This document shows, in pieces, positions 39,401 to 55,000 of a stretch of DNA of 64,000 bases. The notes beneath the pieces are model-generated. The model was not told the origin of the DNA. It saw nothing but the letters and a program-made list of their open reading frames with translations, and did not search any database. Origin of the DNA: Azolla caroliniana (Eukaryota; Plantae; Polypodiophyta); assembly GCA_043228905.1 (NCBI GenBank), contig JBHGNT010000058.1, forward strand, positions 62,001 through 126,000, in the 5' to 3' direction. The stretch's first letter is position 1; every line of letters starts with the position of its first letter. The translations under genes were made by a program, and so were the position numbers.

Positions 39401-42400
39401 CTAACTCATTTACTAAATGAATTCCATTGTAATCAAGTTGCCTCGAATCGTTAATTTTTACCCGAGACGCGTGGGTACAAGTACATGCATAGGAAAAACT
39501 AGACACATCATAGCTCATGAGTTAGTTTGGCATCGATAAAAACCGATGAACTTATTAAATCTTAAAATCGAGAGTGTGTTAGAATAATCCTCAGTTGCTC
39601 GTTGATGCTTGCGCAATATATAAATATTATTTATTACTAATCTAAATAATGTACAATTAACAAAATAATCATTATTATGTTTGAAGGATTGATGACAAAC
39701 TTTGCTTTCATTTTTTTCTCCTAACATCAGTTTCTCCTAAACTTAATCCCATTATTTAATTGCACCAAACATTATGTTTTTCGGGAAAACAAGAAGCAGT
39801 ACATCCAGTTGTGGTTATTCCTAAACATTGTTACAATAAATTAGTAAACCAACAAGTATAATTTTGATAATTTGATACAATTTCAAAAAATACTCATAGA
39901 TTGCAAAATACTGGTCAACTGCCGACAAGCATTGCACCATGTTTCTTTATTTGTAGCAATGCACTAGAATAGTACATTAACTAATTCATTTACTCAATGA
40001 ATTCCATTCTAATCAAGTTGCCTCGACTCATTCATTTTCACCCGAGATGCGCGGGTACATGCACAAGCATAGGAAAAACTAGATACATCATAGATCATTA
40101 GTTAATTTGGCATCGATAAAAACCCGTAAAATTATTAAATCTTAAAAACCAGAGTGTGGTAGAATAATCCTCTGTTTCTTGTTGATGCTTCCGCAATATA
40201 TAAATATTATTTATTACTAATCAATGATTACAATATAAAAAAGTGCACAAGATGTGATCCATTGTAGTCTAGTTGGTTAGAATGCTTGGCTCTCACACGA
40301 GAGACCCAGGTTCAACTCCTGGGAATAGATTGCACCAACAATTATAGTTTGGATAACTTGATACAATTTCAAACAATACACGTAGATTGCAAAATAATGG
40401 TCAACTGTAGTAAAGCACTCGAATATTACATTAACTAATTCATTTATTAAATGAACTCCACTATAGTCTAGTTCGTTCATATACTTGTTTTTTACAGGAG
40501 ACTCCCGGGTACAACAATTGGCATGGGAAAAACTAAATACATCATAGATCATGAGTTTACACAAGACTCTCGGGTACAACATTATGTTGTTCGGGAAAAC
40601 AAGAAGCGGTAGATTTGGTTGCGGTTATTCTTGAACATTGTTATGACAAATTAGTACAGCAACAATTATACTTTGGATCACTTGATACAATTTCAAACAA
40701 TACGCGTAGATTGTAGAATAATGGTCAATTGTCGATGACTATTGCACTATGTTTCTTTATTTGTAACAAAGGACTACAGTGGTACATTAACTAATTCATT
40801 AACAAAGGACTAGAATGGTACATTGTAATCAAGTTGCCCCGGCTACAAGTAGATATATCATATATCATGAGTTAATGTGGCATCGATAAAAACCGTTGCA
40901 ATTGTTAAATCCTAAAAACGATACTGTGTTAGAATAATCCTCAGTTTTTCATTGATGCTTGCACAATATATAAATATTATTTATTTCTAATCAATTATTG
41001 CAATATTAAAGAGCATACAAGCTGTGATACATTGTACTCTAGTTGGTTAGGATGCTCGGCTCTCACTCGAGAGACCCGTGTTGAACTCCCGGCAATGGAA
41101 AAGACAATATCATATATCAAATTTTGCGACACATGTCATGTGTGTACTGTTTGATAACTCAAAAAGTCAACCCCTAAAGTAGTTCTTAAAATAATGTACA
41201 ATTAACAAAATAATTAATATTATGTTTGAAGGATTGACAAAGAAGTTTACTTTAATTTTTTTCTCCTAACATCAATTTCTAAACTTAATCCCATTATTCG
41301 ATTAATGGTAGAGGTTTCGAATGAAATTGGACCAAACATTATGTTGTTCGGGAAAACAAGAAGCAATATATTCAGTTGTGGTTATTCCTCAACATTGTTA
41401 CGATAAATCAGTACACCAACAATTATAGTTTTGATAACTTGATACAATTTCAAAAAATACACATAGATTGCAAAATACTGGTCAATTGTCGACAAGCATT
41501 GCAGTATGTTTCTTTATTTGTAGCAAAGCACTAGAATAGTACATTAACTAATTCATTTACTCCATGAATTCCATTCTAATCAAGTTGCCTCGACTCGTTC
41601 ATTTTTGCCCGAGATGCGCGGGTACAACCACATGCATAGGACAAACTAGATACATCATAGATCATGAGTTAATTTGTCATCGATAAAAACCCGTCAAATT
41701 ATTAAATCTTAAAAACGAGAGTGTGTCAGAATAATTTTCTGTTTCTTGTCGATGCTTGCGCAAAATATGAATATTCTTTATTACTAATCAATGATTGCAA
41801 TATTAAAAAGTGCACAAGATGTGATCCATTCTAGTCTAGTTGGTTAGAATGCTTGGCTCTCACATGACAGACCCGGGTTCAACTCCTAGGAATAGATTGC
41901 ACCAACAATTATAGCTTGGATAACTTGATACAATTTCAAACAATACGCATTGATAGCAGAATAATGGTCAACTGTAGTAAAGCACTCGAATATTACATTA
42001 ACTAATTGATTTACTAAATGAATTCCACTATAGTCTAGTTGGTTCAGATACTTGTTTTTTACACGAGACTCCCGGGTACAACAATTGGCATGGGAAAAAC
42101 TAAATACATCATAGATCATGAGTTAATATATCATCGATAAAAACCCTTGAAATTATTAAATCTTAAAAACGAGAGTGTGTTAGAATAATCCTCAGTTTCT
42201 CGTTAATATTTGCGCAATATATAAATATTACTTATTACTAATGAATGATTGCAATATTAAAAACTACACTAGATATGATCCATTGTAGTCTAGTTGGTTA
42301 GGATACTTGGCTTTCACCCGAGAGACCGGGGTTTAACTACCGGAAATGGAAACGACAATATCATATATAAAATTTCCGACGTATATCATGTGTTAATTGT

Positions 42401-45400
42401 TTGATAACTTTCGGGTACAAAAATAGGCATTGGAAAAACTAGAGACATCATAGATCATGAGGTAATGTCGCATCGATAAAAACTTTTCAAATTATTAAAT
42501 CTTAAAAATGACAATGTGTTAGAATAATCCTCAGTTTCTCGTTGATGCTTGCCCAATATATCAATATCACTTGTTAGTAATCTATGATTGCAATATATCT
42601 ATACATAAGATAGGATCCATTGTAGTCTAGTTGGTTAAGATACTCGGCTTTCACCTAAGAGACCCGTGTTCAACTCCCAGCAATGGAAACGACAATATCA
42701 TATTATAAATTTGCAACGCATATCATGTGTTTGAAGGATTGATGACAAATTTAGTTTGGTTTTTATAGTTTCGATAACTTGATAGAATTTCCAAAGATAC
42801 GCATAGATTGTAGAATAATGTTGAACTCTCGATCAACATTGCACCATAGTTCTTTATTTGAAGAAAAGCACTAGAATATTACATTAACTAATTCATTTAC
42901 TAAATTAATTCCATTGTAGTCTAGTTGGTTGGGATACTTGTTTTTTACACGAGATTGCCAGGTACAACATTCTGTTGTTCAGGAAAACAAGAAGCGGTAG
43001 ATTTGGTTGTGGTTATTCTTGAACATCGATAGTTTCGATCGCTTGATACAATTTCAAACAATACGCATAGATTGGAGAATAATGGTCAATTGTCGATGAC
43101 TATTGCACTATGTTTCTTTATTTGTAACAAAGGACTAGAATGGTACATTAAGTAATTCATTAACAAAGGACTAGAATGGTACATTATAATCAAGTTGCCT
43201 CGGATGCTTACTTTTTACCTGGGACGCCCGACTACAAGTAGATATATCATATATCATGAGTTAATGTGGCATCGATAAAAATCCTTGAAATTATTAAATC
43301 CTAAAAACGATAGTGTGCTAGAATAATCCTTAGTTTTTCATTGATGCTTGCGCAATATATAAATATTATTTACTTCTAATCAATTATAGCAATATCGAAA
43401 AGCATAGAAGATGTGATCCATTGTAGTCTAGTTGGTTAGGATGATCGCATCTCACCTGAGAGACCCGTGTTCAACTCCTGGTAATGGAAAAGACAATACC
43501 ATACATCAAATTTTGCGACGCATGTCATGTGTGTATTGTTTGATAACTCAAAAACTCAAGCCCTAAAGTAGTTCATACAATAATGTACAATTAACAAAAT
43601 AATTAATATTATGTTTGAAGGATTGACAAAGAACTTTACTTTAATTTCTAAACTTAATCCCATTATTGGATTAATGGTAGAGGTTTCGAATGAAATTGGA
43701 CCAAACATTATGTTGTTCGGGAGAACAAGAAACAATATATTTAGTTGTGGTTATTCATGAACATTGTTACGATAAATTAGTACACCAACAATTATAGTTT
43801 GTATAACTTGATACAATTTTAAGCCATACGCATAGATTGCAAAATAATGGTCAACTGTCGACAAGCATTGCAGCATGTTTCTTTTTTTGTAGCAAAGCAC
43901 TAGAATAGTACATTAACTAATTAATTTATTAAATGAATTCCATTGTAGTCTAGTTGGTTCGGATCCTTGTTTTTTACACGAGACTCCCGGGTATAACAAT
44001 AGGCATTGGGAGAACTAGATACATCATAGATCATGAGGTAATGTGACATCGACAAAAACCCTTGAAATTATTAAATCTTAGAAACGAGAGTGGGTTATAA
44101 TAATCTTCAGTTTCTCGTTGATGGTTGCGCAATAAATAAATATTATTTATTACCAATCAATGATTGCAATATTAAAAAGTGCACAGGATGTCATCCATTG
44201 TAGTCTAGTTGGTTAGAATACTCGACTCTCACACGAGAGACCCGGGTTCAACTCTCGGGAATAGACAGGACAATATCATATATTAAATTTTGCAACGCAT
44301 GTTATGTGTTAACAGTTTGATAACTCAAAAATTCAAGACCTAAAGTAGTTACAATTATGTACAATTAACAAAATAATCAATATTACGTTTGGTGGATTGA
44401 TAAAGAATTTTAGTTTGATTGTTTTTCCTAATGTCAATTTCTAAATTAAATCCCCTTATTCAATTAATACTAGTGGTTTCAAATGAAATTTGACGAAAAA
44501 TTATGTTGTTTGGGACAAGAAGAACCAGTATATTTAGTTGTGGTTATTCCTCAACATTGTTATCACAAATTAGTACACCAAGAATTATAGTTTGGATAAC
44601 TTGATACAATTTCAAACAATACGCGTAGATTGCAAAATAATGGTCAACTGTTGACTAGCATTGCACCATGTTTCTTTCTTTGTAGCAAAGCACTTGAATA
44701 GTACATTTACTAATTCATTTAGTCAATGAATTCCATTTTAATCAAGTTGCCTTGAATCTTTGATTTTTGCTGGAGACGCGTGGGTACAAGCACAGGTATA
44801 GGAAAAATTAGATAAAAACCCTTGAAACTAGTAAATCTTAGAAACGAGAGTGTGTTAGAATAATCCTCAGTTTTTCGTTGATGCTTGCACAAAATATAAA
44901 TAGTATTTATTTCCAATCAATGATTGTAATATTACAAAGCACACAAAATGTGATCCATTGTACTCTAGTTGGTTAGGATACTCAACTCTAGGCCGAGAGA
45001 CCCGGGTTCAACTACCGGCAATGGAAACGACAATATCATATATTAAATTTTCGACGCATATCATGTCTTAACTGTTTGATAACTCAATAACTCAAGACCT
45101 AAAGTAGGTGTTACAATAATGTACAGTTAAATAAATAATCAATATTATGTTTGAAGGATTGATAAAGAAATTTACTTTGATTTTCTCCTCCTAACACCAA
45201 TTTCTAAACTTAATCCCATTATTCGATTGTAATCACGTGGCCTCGAATCGTTGATTTTTACCCAAGACGCGCGGTTACAAGCACAGGCATAGGAAAAACT
45301 AGATATATCATACATGATGAGTTAATTTGGCACCGATAAAAACCCGTGAAATTATTAAATCTTAAAAACGAGAGTGTGTTAGAATAATCCTCTGTTTCTT

Positions 45401-48400
45401 GTTGATGATTGCGCAATATATAAATATTATTTATTACTAATTAATGATTGCAATTTTAAAAAGTGTACAATATGTGATCCATTGAAGTCTAGTTGGTTAG
45501 AATACTCGGCTCTCACTTGAGAGACCCGGGTTTAACTCCTGGCAATGAAAACGACAATATCATATATTAAATTTTTGAGGTATATCTTGTGTTAACTGTT
45601 TGATAACTTAAAAACTCAAGACCTAAAGTAGATGTTACAATAATGTACAATTAATAAAATAAACAATATTATGTCTGAAGGATTGATGACGAACATTGCT
45701 TTCCTTTTTTTCTCTTGTTGACATGGCACCATATTTCTTTATTTGAACCAATATTACATTGACTAATTGATTTACTAAATAAATTCCATTGTAGTCTAGA
45801 TTGCAGAATAATGGTCAACTATTGAGATACCCGGGTTCAACTCCCACCAATAGAAAAGACAATATCATATATCATATTTTGTGACGCATGTCATGTGTTA
45901 AGTGCTCGATAACTCAACAACTGAAGACCTAACATTATGTTGTTCGGGATAACAACATGCAGTATATTTAGTTCTGGTTATCCACAACATTGTTATGACA
46001 AATTAGTACACCTACAATTATAGTTTCGATAATTCGATAGAATTTCAAACAATACGCATAGATTACAGAGTAATGGTCAATTGTCGATGAGTATTGCACC
46101 ATGTTTCTTTATTTTTAACAAAGGACTAAAATGGTACATTAACTAAGTCATTTACTAAATGAAAACCATTGTAATCAAGTTGCCTCGAATCCTTGCTTTT
46201 TACCTGAGACACTCGGGTACAAGTAGATATATCCTATATCATGAGTTAATATGGCATTGATAAAAACCCTTGAAATTATTAAATCTTAAAAACGAGAGTG
46301 TGTTCGAAAAAACCTCTGTTTCTTGTTGATGCTTGTGCAATATATAAATATTATTTATTTCTAATCAATGATAGCAAGATTAAAAAGCACACAAGCTGTG
46401 ATCCACGATAGTCTAGTTGGTTAGGATACTCGGCCCTCATGTGAGAGACCCGGGTACAACTCCCGGCAATGGAAACGACAATATCCTATATTAAATTTCC
46501 GACGCATATAAGGTATAACTAAAAAAATCCAGTCCTAAAGTAGGTGTTACAATAATGTACGACTAACAAAATAAAGAATTTTATGTTTCAACGATTGATA
46601 ACGAACTTTACTTTGATTTTGTCTCCTAACATCAATTTCTAAACTTAATTCCATTATTCGATTAATGGTAGAGGTTTCGAATGAAATTGGAAAAAATAAT
46701 ATGTTGTTCGGGACAACAAGAAAAAGTATATTTAGTTGTGGTTATTCCTCAACATTGTTACGATAAATTAGTACACCAAGATTTATATTTTAGATAACTT
46801 GATCCAATTTCAAACAATACGCTTAGATTGCATAATAATGTTCAACTATCGACAAGCATTGCACCATTATTTTTTATTTGGAGCATGGCACTAGAATAGT
46901 GCATTAACTAACTCATTTACTAAATCAATTCCTATGTAATCGAGATGCCTGGAATCGTTGATTTTTACCCGAGACACGTGGGTACAAGTACAGGAATAGG
47001 AAAAACTAGATACAGCATAGCTCATGAGCTAATTTGGCATCGATAAAAACCGGTGAGCTTATTAAATCTTAAGAACGAGAGTGTGTTACAATAATCCTCT
47101 GTTACTTGTTGATGCTTGCGCAAGATATAAATATTATTTATCACTAATCAATGATTGCAATATTAAAAAGTGTACCAGATGTGATCCATGGAAGTCTAGT
47201 TGGTTAGAATACTCGGCTCTCACCCGAGAGACACGGGTTTAACTCCCGGCAATGAAAATGACAATATCATATATTAAATTTCCAAGGCATATCTTGTGTT
47301 AACTGTTTGATAACTCAAAAACTCATGACCTCAAGTAGATGTTACAATAATGTACAATTAACAAAATAATCAATATTATGTTTGGAGGATTGATGAGGAA
47401 CATTGCTTTCTTTTTATTCTCCTAACATCAATTTCTAAACTTAATCCCATTATTCAATTAATAGTAGAGGTTTCAAAAAAATTTGACAAAATATTATTAT
47501 GTTCGGGACAAGAAGAAGCAATATATTTAGTTGTGGTTATTTCTCAACATTATCATGGTGAATTCTCGATGAGCATTGCACAATGTTTCTTGATTTGAAG
47601 TAATGCACTAGACTATTATATTAACTAATTCATTTACTAAAAGAATTCTAGTATAGTCTAGTTTGTTCGGATCCTTCTTTTTTAGAGGAGACTCCCGGGT
47701 ACAACAATTGGCATGGGAAAAACTAAGTCATTTACTAAATGAACACCATTGTAATCAAGTGGCCTCAAATCCTTGCTTTTTACCTGAGACACCCGGGTAC
47801 AAGTAGATATATCCTATATCATGAGTTAATATGGCATTGATAAAAACCCTTGAAATTATTAAATCTTAAAAACGAGAGTGTGTTAGAATAATCCTCAGTT
47901 TTTTGTTGATGCTTGCGCAATATATAAATATTATTTATTTCTAATCAATGATAGCAAGATTAAAAAGCACACAAGATGTGATCCACGATAGTCTAGTTGG
48001 CTAGAATACATGACTCTGACCCGAGAGACCCGGGTTCAACTCTCAGGAATAGAAAGGACCATATCATATATTACATTTCCAACGCATATCATGTGTTATC
48101 TGTTTGATAACTGAATAACTCAAGACCTAAAGTAGGTGTTACAATAATGTACAATTAACAAAATAATCAATATTATGTTTGAAGGATTGATAAGGAACTT
48201 TACTTTGATTTTTTTCTCCTAACATCAATTTCTAAACTTAATTCCATTATTCGATTAATGGTAGAGGTTTCGAATGAAATTGGACAAAATAATATGTTGT
48301 TCGGGACAACAAGAAGAAGCATATTTAGTTGTGGTTATTCCTCAACATTGTTACGATAAATTAGTACACTAACAATTATAGTTTAGATAACTTGATCCAA

Positions 48401-51400
48401 TTTCAAACAATATACATAGATTAAGAATAATGTTCAACTGTCGACAAGCATTGCACCATTTTTTTTTATTTGGAGCATGGCACTAGAATAGTGCATTAAC
48501 TAACTCATTTACTAAATCAATTCCTATGTAATCGAGATGCCTGGAATCGTTGATTTTTACCCGAGACACGTGGGTACAAGTACAGGAATAGGAAAAACTA
48601 GATACATCATAGCTCATGAGTTAATTTTTCATCGACAAAAACCGGTGAACTTATTAAATCTTAAAAAGCAGAGTGTATTAGAATAATCCTCTGTTACTTG
48701 TTGATGCTTGGGCAACATATAAATAGTATTTATCACTAATCAATGATTGCAATATTAAAAAGTGTACCAGATGTGATCCATGGAAGTCTAGTTGGTTAGA
48801 ATACTCGGCTCTCACTCGAGAGAGTCGGGTTTAACTCCCGGCAATGAAAACGACAATATCATATATTAAATTTCCGAGGCATATCTTGTGTTAGCTGTTT
48901 GATAACTGAAAAACTCAAGACCTAAAGAAGATGTTACAATAATATACAATTAACAAAATAATCAATATTATGTTTGAAGGATTGATGACGAAGTTTGCTT
49001 TCATCAATTTCTAAACTTAATCCCATTATTCAATTCATAGTAGAGGTTTGAAATGAAATTTGACAAAATATTATGTTGTTCGGGACAAGAAGAAGCTATA
49101 TATTGAATTGTGGTTATTTCTCAACATGGTTACAACAAATTAGTACACCGATGATTATAGTTTGGATAACATGATAGAATTTCTAAAAATACGCGTAGAT
49201 TGTATAATAATGGTGAACTCTTGATCAACATTGCACCATATTTCTTTATTTGATGCAAAGCACTAGAATATTACATTAACTAATTCATTTACTAAATAAA
49301 TTCCATTGTTGTCTAGTTGGTTCGGATCCTTGTTTTTTTACGCATAGATTGCAGAATAATGGTTAACTATCGAGAGACCCAGGTTCAACTCCCACCAATA
49401 GAAAAGACAATATCATATATCATGTTTTGCGACGCATGTCATGTGTTAAGTGTTCGATAACTGAAAAACTAAAGACCTAAACTAGTTGTTACAATATGTA
49501 TTTCGGGAGAAGATAAATCAATATATTTAGTTGTGGTTATTCCACAACATCGTTACGACAAATTAATACACCGACAATTATAGTTTGGGTAGCTTGATAC
49601 AATTTCCAAAAATATGCATAGATTGTAGAATTATAGTGAACTCTCGATGATCATTGCACCATGTTTCTTTATTTGAAGCAAGGCACTAGAATATTACATT
49701 AACTAATTCATTTACTGAATGAATTGCATTGTAGTCTAGTGAGACTCGCGGGTACATGAATAGGCATTGGGAGAACTATATACATCATAGATCATGAGGT
49801 ACTATGGCATTGATAAAAACCCTTGAAATTATTAAATCTTAACAACGAGAGTGTGTTAGAATAATCCTCTGTTTCTCGTTGATGCTTGTGAAATATATAA
49901 ATATTATTTATTACTACTCAATGATTGCAATATTAAAAAGTGCAAAAGATGTGATCCATTATAGTCTAGTTGGTTAGGATACTGGCTCTCACACGAGAAA
50001 CCCGTGTTCAACTCCCGGGAATATAAAGGACAATATCATATATCAAATTTTAGACGCTTGTCATGTGTTAACTGTTTGATAACTCAAAAACTAGATACAT
50101 CATAGATCATGAGTTAATGTGGCATCGAGAAAAACCCTTGAAATTATTAAATCTTAAAAACGAGAGTGTGTTAGAATAATCCTCAGTTTTTCGTTCATGC
50201 TTGCAAAAAATATATATATTATTTTTTTCTAATCAATGATTGCAATAATAGAAAGCAGAGAAGATGTAATCCATTGTAGTCTAGTTGGTTAGAATACTCC
50301 GCTCCTACCGAAGAGAACCGGGTTAAACTCCCGTCAATGGATACATCATAGCTCATGAGTTAATTTGGCATCGATAGAAACCCATGAAATTATTAAATCT
50401 TAAAAACAAGACTGTGTTAGAATAATCCTGTGTTTCTTGTAGATGCTTGCACAATATATAATGTTTTTTTTTCTTCTTCTAACATGAATTTCTAAACTTA
50501 ATCCCATTATTCAATTAATGGTACACGTTTCGAATGAAATTTGACAAAAAATTATGTTGTTCGGGATAACAAGAAGCAGTATATTTAGTTCTGGTTATTA
50601 CACAACTTTTTTACAACAAATTATGTCTTTATTTCTAACAAAGGACTAAAATGGTACATTAACAAAGTCATTTAGTAAATGAATACCATTGTCATCAAGT
50701 TGCCTCGGATCCTTGCTTTTTACCTGAGATGCCCGGGTACAAGTAGATATATCCTATATCATGGGTTAATATGGCATCGATAAAAACCCTTGAAATTATT
50801 AAATCTTAAAAACGAAAGTGTGTTACAATAATCGTTAGTTTTTCGTTGATACCTCCGAAATATATAAATATTATTAATTTCTAATCAATGATAGCAAGAT
50901 TAATTTCTAATCAATCATAGCTCATGAGTTACTTTGGCATCGATAAAAACCGGTGAACTTATTAAATCTTAAAAACGAGAGTGTGTTAGAATAATCCTCA
51001 GTTTCTCGTTGATGCTTGCGCAATACATAAATATTATTTATTACTAATCAATGATCGCAATATTAAAAAGTGCAGCAAATCTGATCCATTGTAGTCTAGT
51101 TGGATAGAATACTTGACTCTGACCCGAGAGACCCGGGTTCACATCTCGGGAATAGAAAGGACCATATCATATATTACATTTCCGACGCATATCATGTGTT
51201 ATCTGTTTGATAACTGAATAACTCAAGACCTAAAGTATCTGAGTTAATATCGCATCGATGGAAACCGTTGAAATTATTAAATCTTAAAAACGAGAGTGTG
51301 TTAGAATAATCCTCTGTTTCTCGTTGATGCCTGTGCAATATATAAATATTATTTATTACTAATCAGTGATTGCAATATTGAAAAGTACACAAGATATGAT

Positions 51401-51960
51401 CCATTGTAGTCTAGTTGGTTAGGATACTAGGCTCTCACATGAGATAGCCGGGTTCAACTCCCAACAATGGAAACGACAATATCATATATTAAATTTTTGA
51501 CTCATATGATGTTTTAATTGTTTGATAACTCAAAAACGCAAGATTATGTTTGAAGGATTGATGACGATCTTTCCTCCATCAACATTCCAAAAATACGCAT
51601 AGCTTGTCGAATAATGATTAATTCTCGATTAGCATTGCACCATGTTTGTTTATTTGAATGAAAGCACTTGAATATTACATTAACCAATTCATTTACTAGT
51701 TGAATTCCATTGTAGTCTAGTTCGTTCAGATCCTTGTTTTTTACACAAGACTCCCGGGTACAACAATAGGCATTGGAAAAACTAGATACATCATAGATGA
51801 TGAGGGAATGTCGCATCGATAAAAACCGTTGAAATTATTAAATCTTAAAAATGAGAGTGTGTTAGAATAATCCTCAGTTTCTCGTTGATGCTTGCGCAAT
51901 ATATAAATATTATTTATTACTAATCTATGATTGCAATATTAAAAACTACACAAGATATGA

Positions 51961-52033
51961 TCCATTGTAGTCTAGTTGGTTAGGATACTCGGCTCTCACC
52001 CGAGAGACCCGGTTTCGACTCTCGGCAATGGAA
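51961..52033 (+). pseudogene. tRNA-Glu(CTC), near-intact but G53>T
   Basis: The first 52 nt match consensus; the B box reads GTTTCGACTCT. Confidence 0.8.
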
Positions 52034-55000
52034 ACGACAATATCATATATTGAATTTCCGACGGATATCATGTCTTAACTGTTTGATAACTCAAAAACTC
52101 AAGACCTAAACTAGCTGTTACAATAATATACAATTAACAAAATAATCAATATTATGTTTGAAGGATTGAGGACGATCTTTAGTTTGATTTTTTTCTCCTA
52201 ACATCAATTTCTAAACTTACTCCCATGATTCGATTAATGGTAGAGCTTTCAAATGAAATTGGACAAAACATTATGTTGTTGGAGACAACAAGAAGAAGTA
52301 TATTTGGTTATGGTTATTCGTCAACATTGGTACGACAAATTAGTACACTAACAATTACAGTTGGCATAACTCGATACAATTTCAAACAATACGCATAGAA
52401 TAAAAAATAATGTTCAACTGTCGACAAGTATTGCACCATGTTTTTTTATTTGTAGCAAAGCACTAGAATAGTACATTGACTAATTTATTTTCTAAATGAA
52501 TTACATTGTAATCAAATTGCCTCGAATCGTTAATTTCTACTCGAAACGTGCGGGGACAAGTATAGCCAACTATATCATGAGTTAATGTGGCATCGATAAA
52601 AACCCGTGAAATTAATAAATCTTAAAAACGAGAGTGTGTTAAAATAATCCTATGTTTCTTGTTGATGCTTGTGCAATATATAAATATTATTTACTACTAA
52701 TGAATGATTGCAATATTAAAAAGTGTACAAAATGTGATCCATTAATGTCTAGTTGGTTAGAATACTCGGCTCTCACCCAACAGACCCGTGTTCAACTCTT
52801 GGGAATAGAAAGGACGATAACTTATATACAAGTTTGCGACGATTGTCATGTGTTTGATAACTCAAAAACTGAAGACGTAAAGTATTTACAATAATGTACA
52901 ATTAACAAAATAATCAATATTATGTTTGAAGTATTTATAAAGAACTTGGGTTTGATTTTTTTCTCCTCACATCAATTTCTAAACTTCATCCCAATATTCA
53001 ATTAATAGTAGAGGTTTTTGATGAAATTTTACAAAACATTATGTTGTTCGTGACAAAAAGAAGCAGTATATTTACTTGGGGCTATTCCTCAACATCGTTA
53101 CGACAAATTAGTACACCAAGCATTATAATTTCGATAACTTGATACAATTTCCAAAAATACGCATCCATTGTCAAATAATGGTGTATTCTCGATGAGCAAT
53201 GCACCATGTTTCTTTATTTGAAGCAAAGAACTAGAATATTACATTAACAAATTCATTTACTAAATGAATTCCATTGTAGTCTAGTTGGTTCACATCCTTG
53301 TTTTTTACACGAGACTCCGGGGTAGAACAATTGGCATGGGAAAACTAGATACATCATAGATCATGAGTTAATATAACATCGATAAAAACCCTTGAAATTA
53401 TTAAATCTTAAAAACGAGAGTGTGTTAGAATAATCCTCAGTTTCTAGTTGATGCTTGCGCACTATATAAATATTATTTATTACTAATCAATCATTGTAGT
53501 ACACAAGATATGATCCATTGTAGTATAGTCGGTCGACGCAGATCTTGTGTTAACTATTTGATAACTCAAAAACTGAAGGCCTAAAGTAGATGTTATAATA
53601 ATGTACAATTAACAAAATAATCAATATTATGTTTGAAGGATGGATGACGAGCTTTACTTTCATTTTTTCCTCCTAACATCAATTTCTAAACTTCATCCCA
53701 TTATTCAATTAATAGTAGAGGTTTCAAATGAAATTTGACACAACATTATGTTGTTCGTGACAAGAATAAGTAGTATATTTAGTCGTGGTTATTTTTCAAC
53801 ATGGTTACGACAAATTAGTACACAGACAATTATTGTTTGGATAACTGGATAGAATTTCAGTAAATACGCATAGATTGTAGAAGAATGATGAACTCTCGAT
53901 CAACATTGCACCATATTTTTTTATTTGAAACACAGCACTAGAATATTACATTAACTAATTCATTGACTTATGAATTCCATTGTAGCCTGGTTGGCATTGG
54001 CAAAACTAAACACATCCTAGATCATGAGGTAATGTCGCATCGATAAAAACCCTTGAAATTATTAAATCTTAAAAACGAGAGTGTGTTAGAATAATCCTTA
54101 GTTTCTCGTTGTTGCTTGCGCAATATATAAATATTATTTATTCCTAATCAATGATTGCAATATTAAAAAGTACACAAGATGTGATCCATTGTAGTCGAGT
54201 TGGTTAGGATACTCGGCCATCACCCAAGAGACCTGGGTCCAACCCCCGGCAATGAAAACGACGATATCATATATTAATTTTCCGACTCATATCATGTGTT
54301 AACTGTTTGGTAGCCCAAGACCTAAAGTAGGTTTTACAAGAATCTACAATTAACAAAATAATTGATATTATGTTCGAAGGATTGATAATGAAATTTGCTT
54401 TGATTTTTGTCTCCTAACACCAATTTCTAAACTTAATCCCATTTTTGAATTAATAGTAGCGGTTTCAAATGAAATTCGACTAATCATTATGTTTTTCGTG
54501 ATAGGAAGAATTAGTATATTTAGTTGTGGTTACTTCTCAACATTGTTACGAGAAATTAGTACACCAATAATTATAGTATCGATAACTTGTTACAATTTCA
54601 AACAATACGCATAGATTGCAAAATAATGGTAAACTGTCGACAAGCATTGCACCATGTTTCTTTATTTGTAGGAAAGCACTAGAGTACTACATTAACTAAT
54701 TCATTAACTCAATGAATTCCATTGTAATCAACCTACCTCAAATCATTGATTTTTACTCGAGATGTGCGGGTACAAGCACAGGCATATGAAAAACTAGATA
54801 CATCATAGATTATGAATTATTTTGGCATTGATAAAAACTCGTGAAATTATTAAATCTTAAAAACCAGAGCGTGTTAGAATAATTCTTTGTTTTTCGTTGA
54901 TGCTTGTGCAATATAGAAATAATATTTATTACTAATCAATGATTACAATACTAAAAAGTGCACAAGATGTGATCCAATGTAGTGTAGCTGGTTAGGATAC

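Noticed and set aside
44954-45026. Amber suppressor tRNA (CTA at the anticodon position)
   Set aside because: The anticodon stem has two mismatches (CTCAA/CCGAG), the A box has G>C and the B box C61>A; this is a decayed Glu copy.
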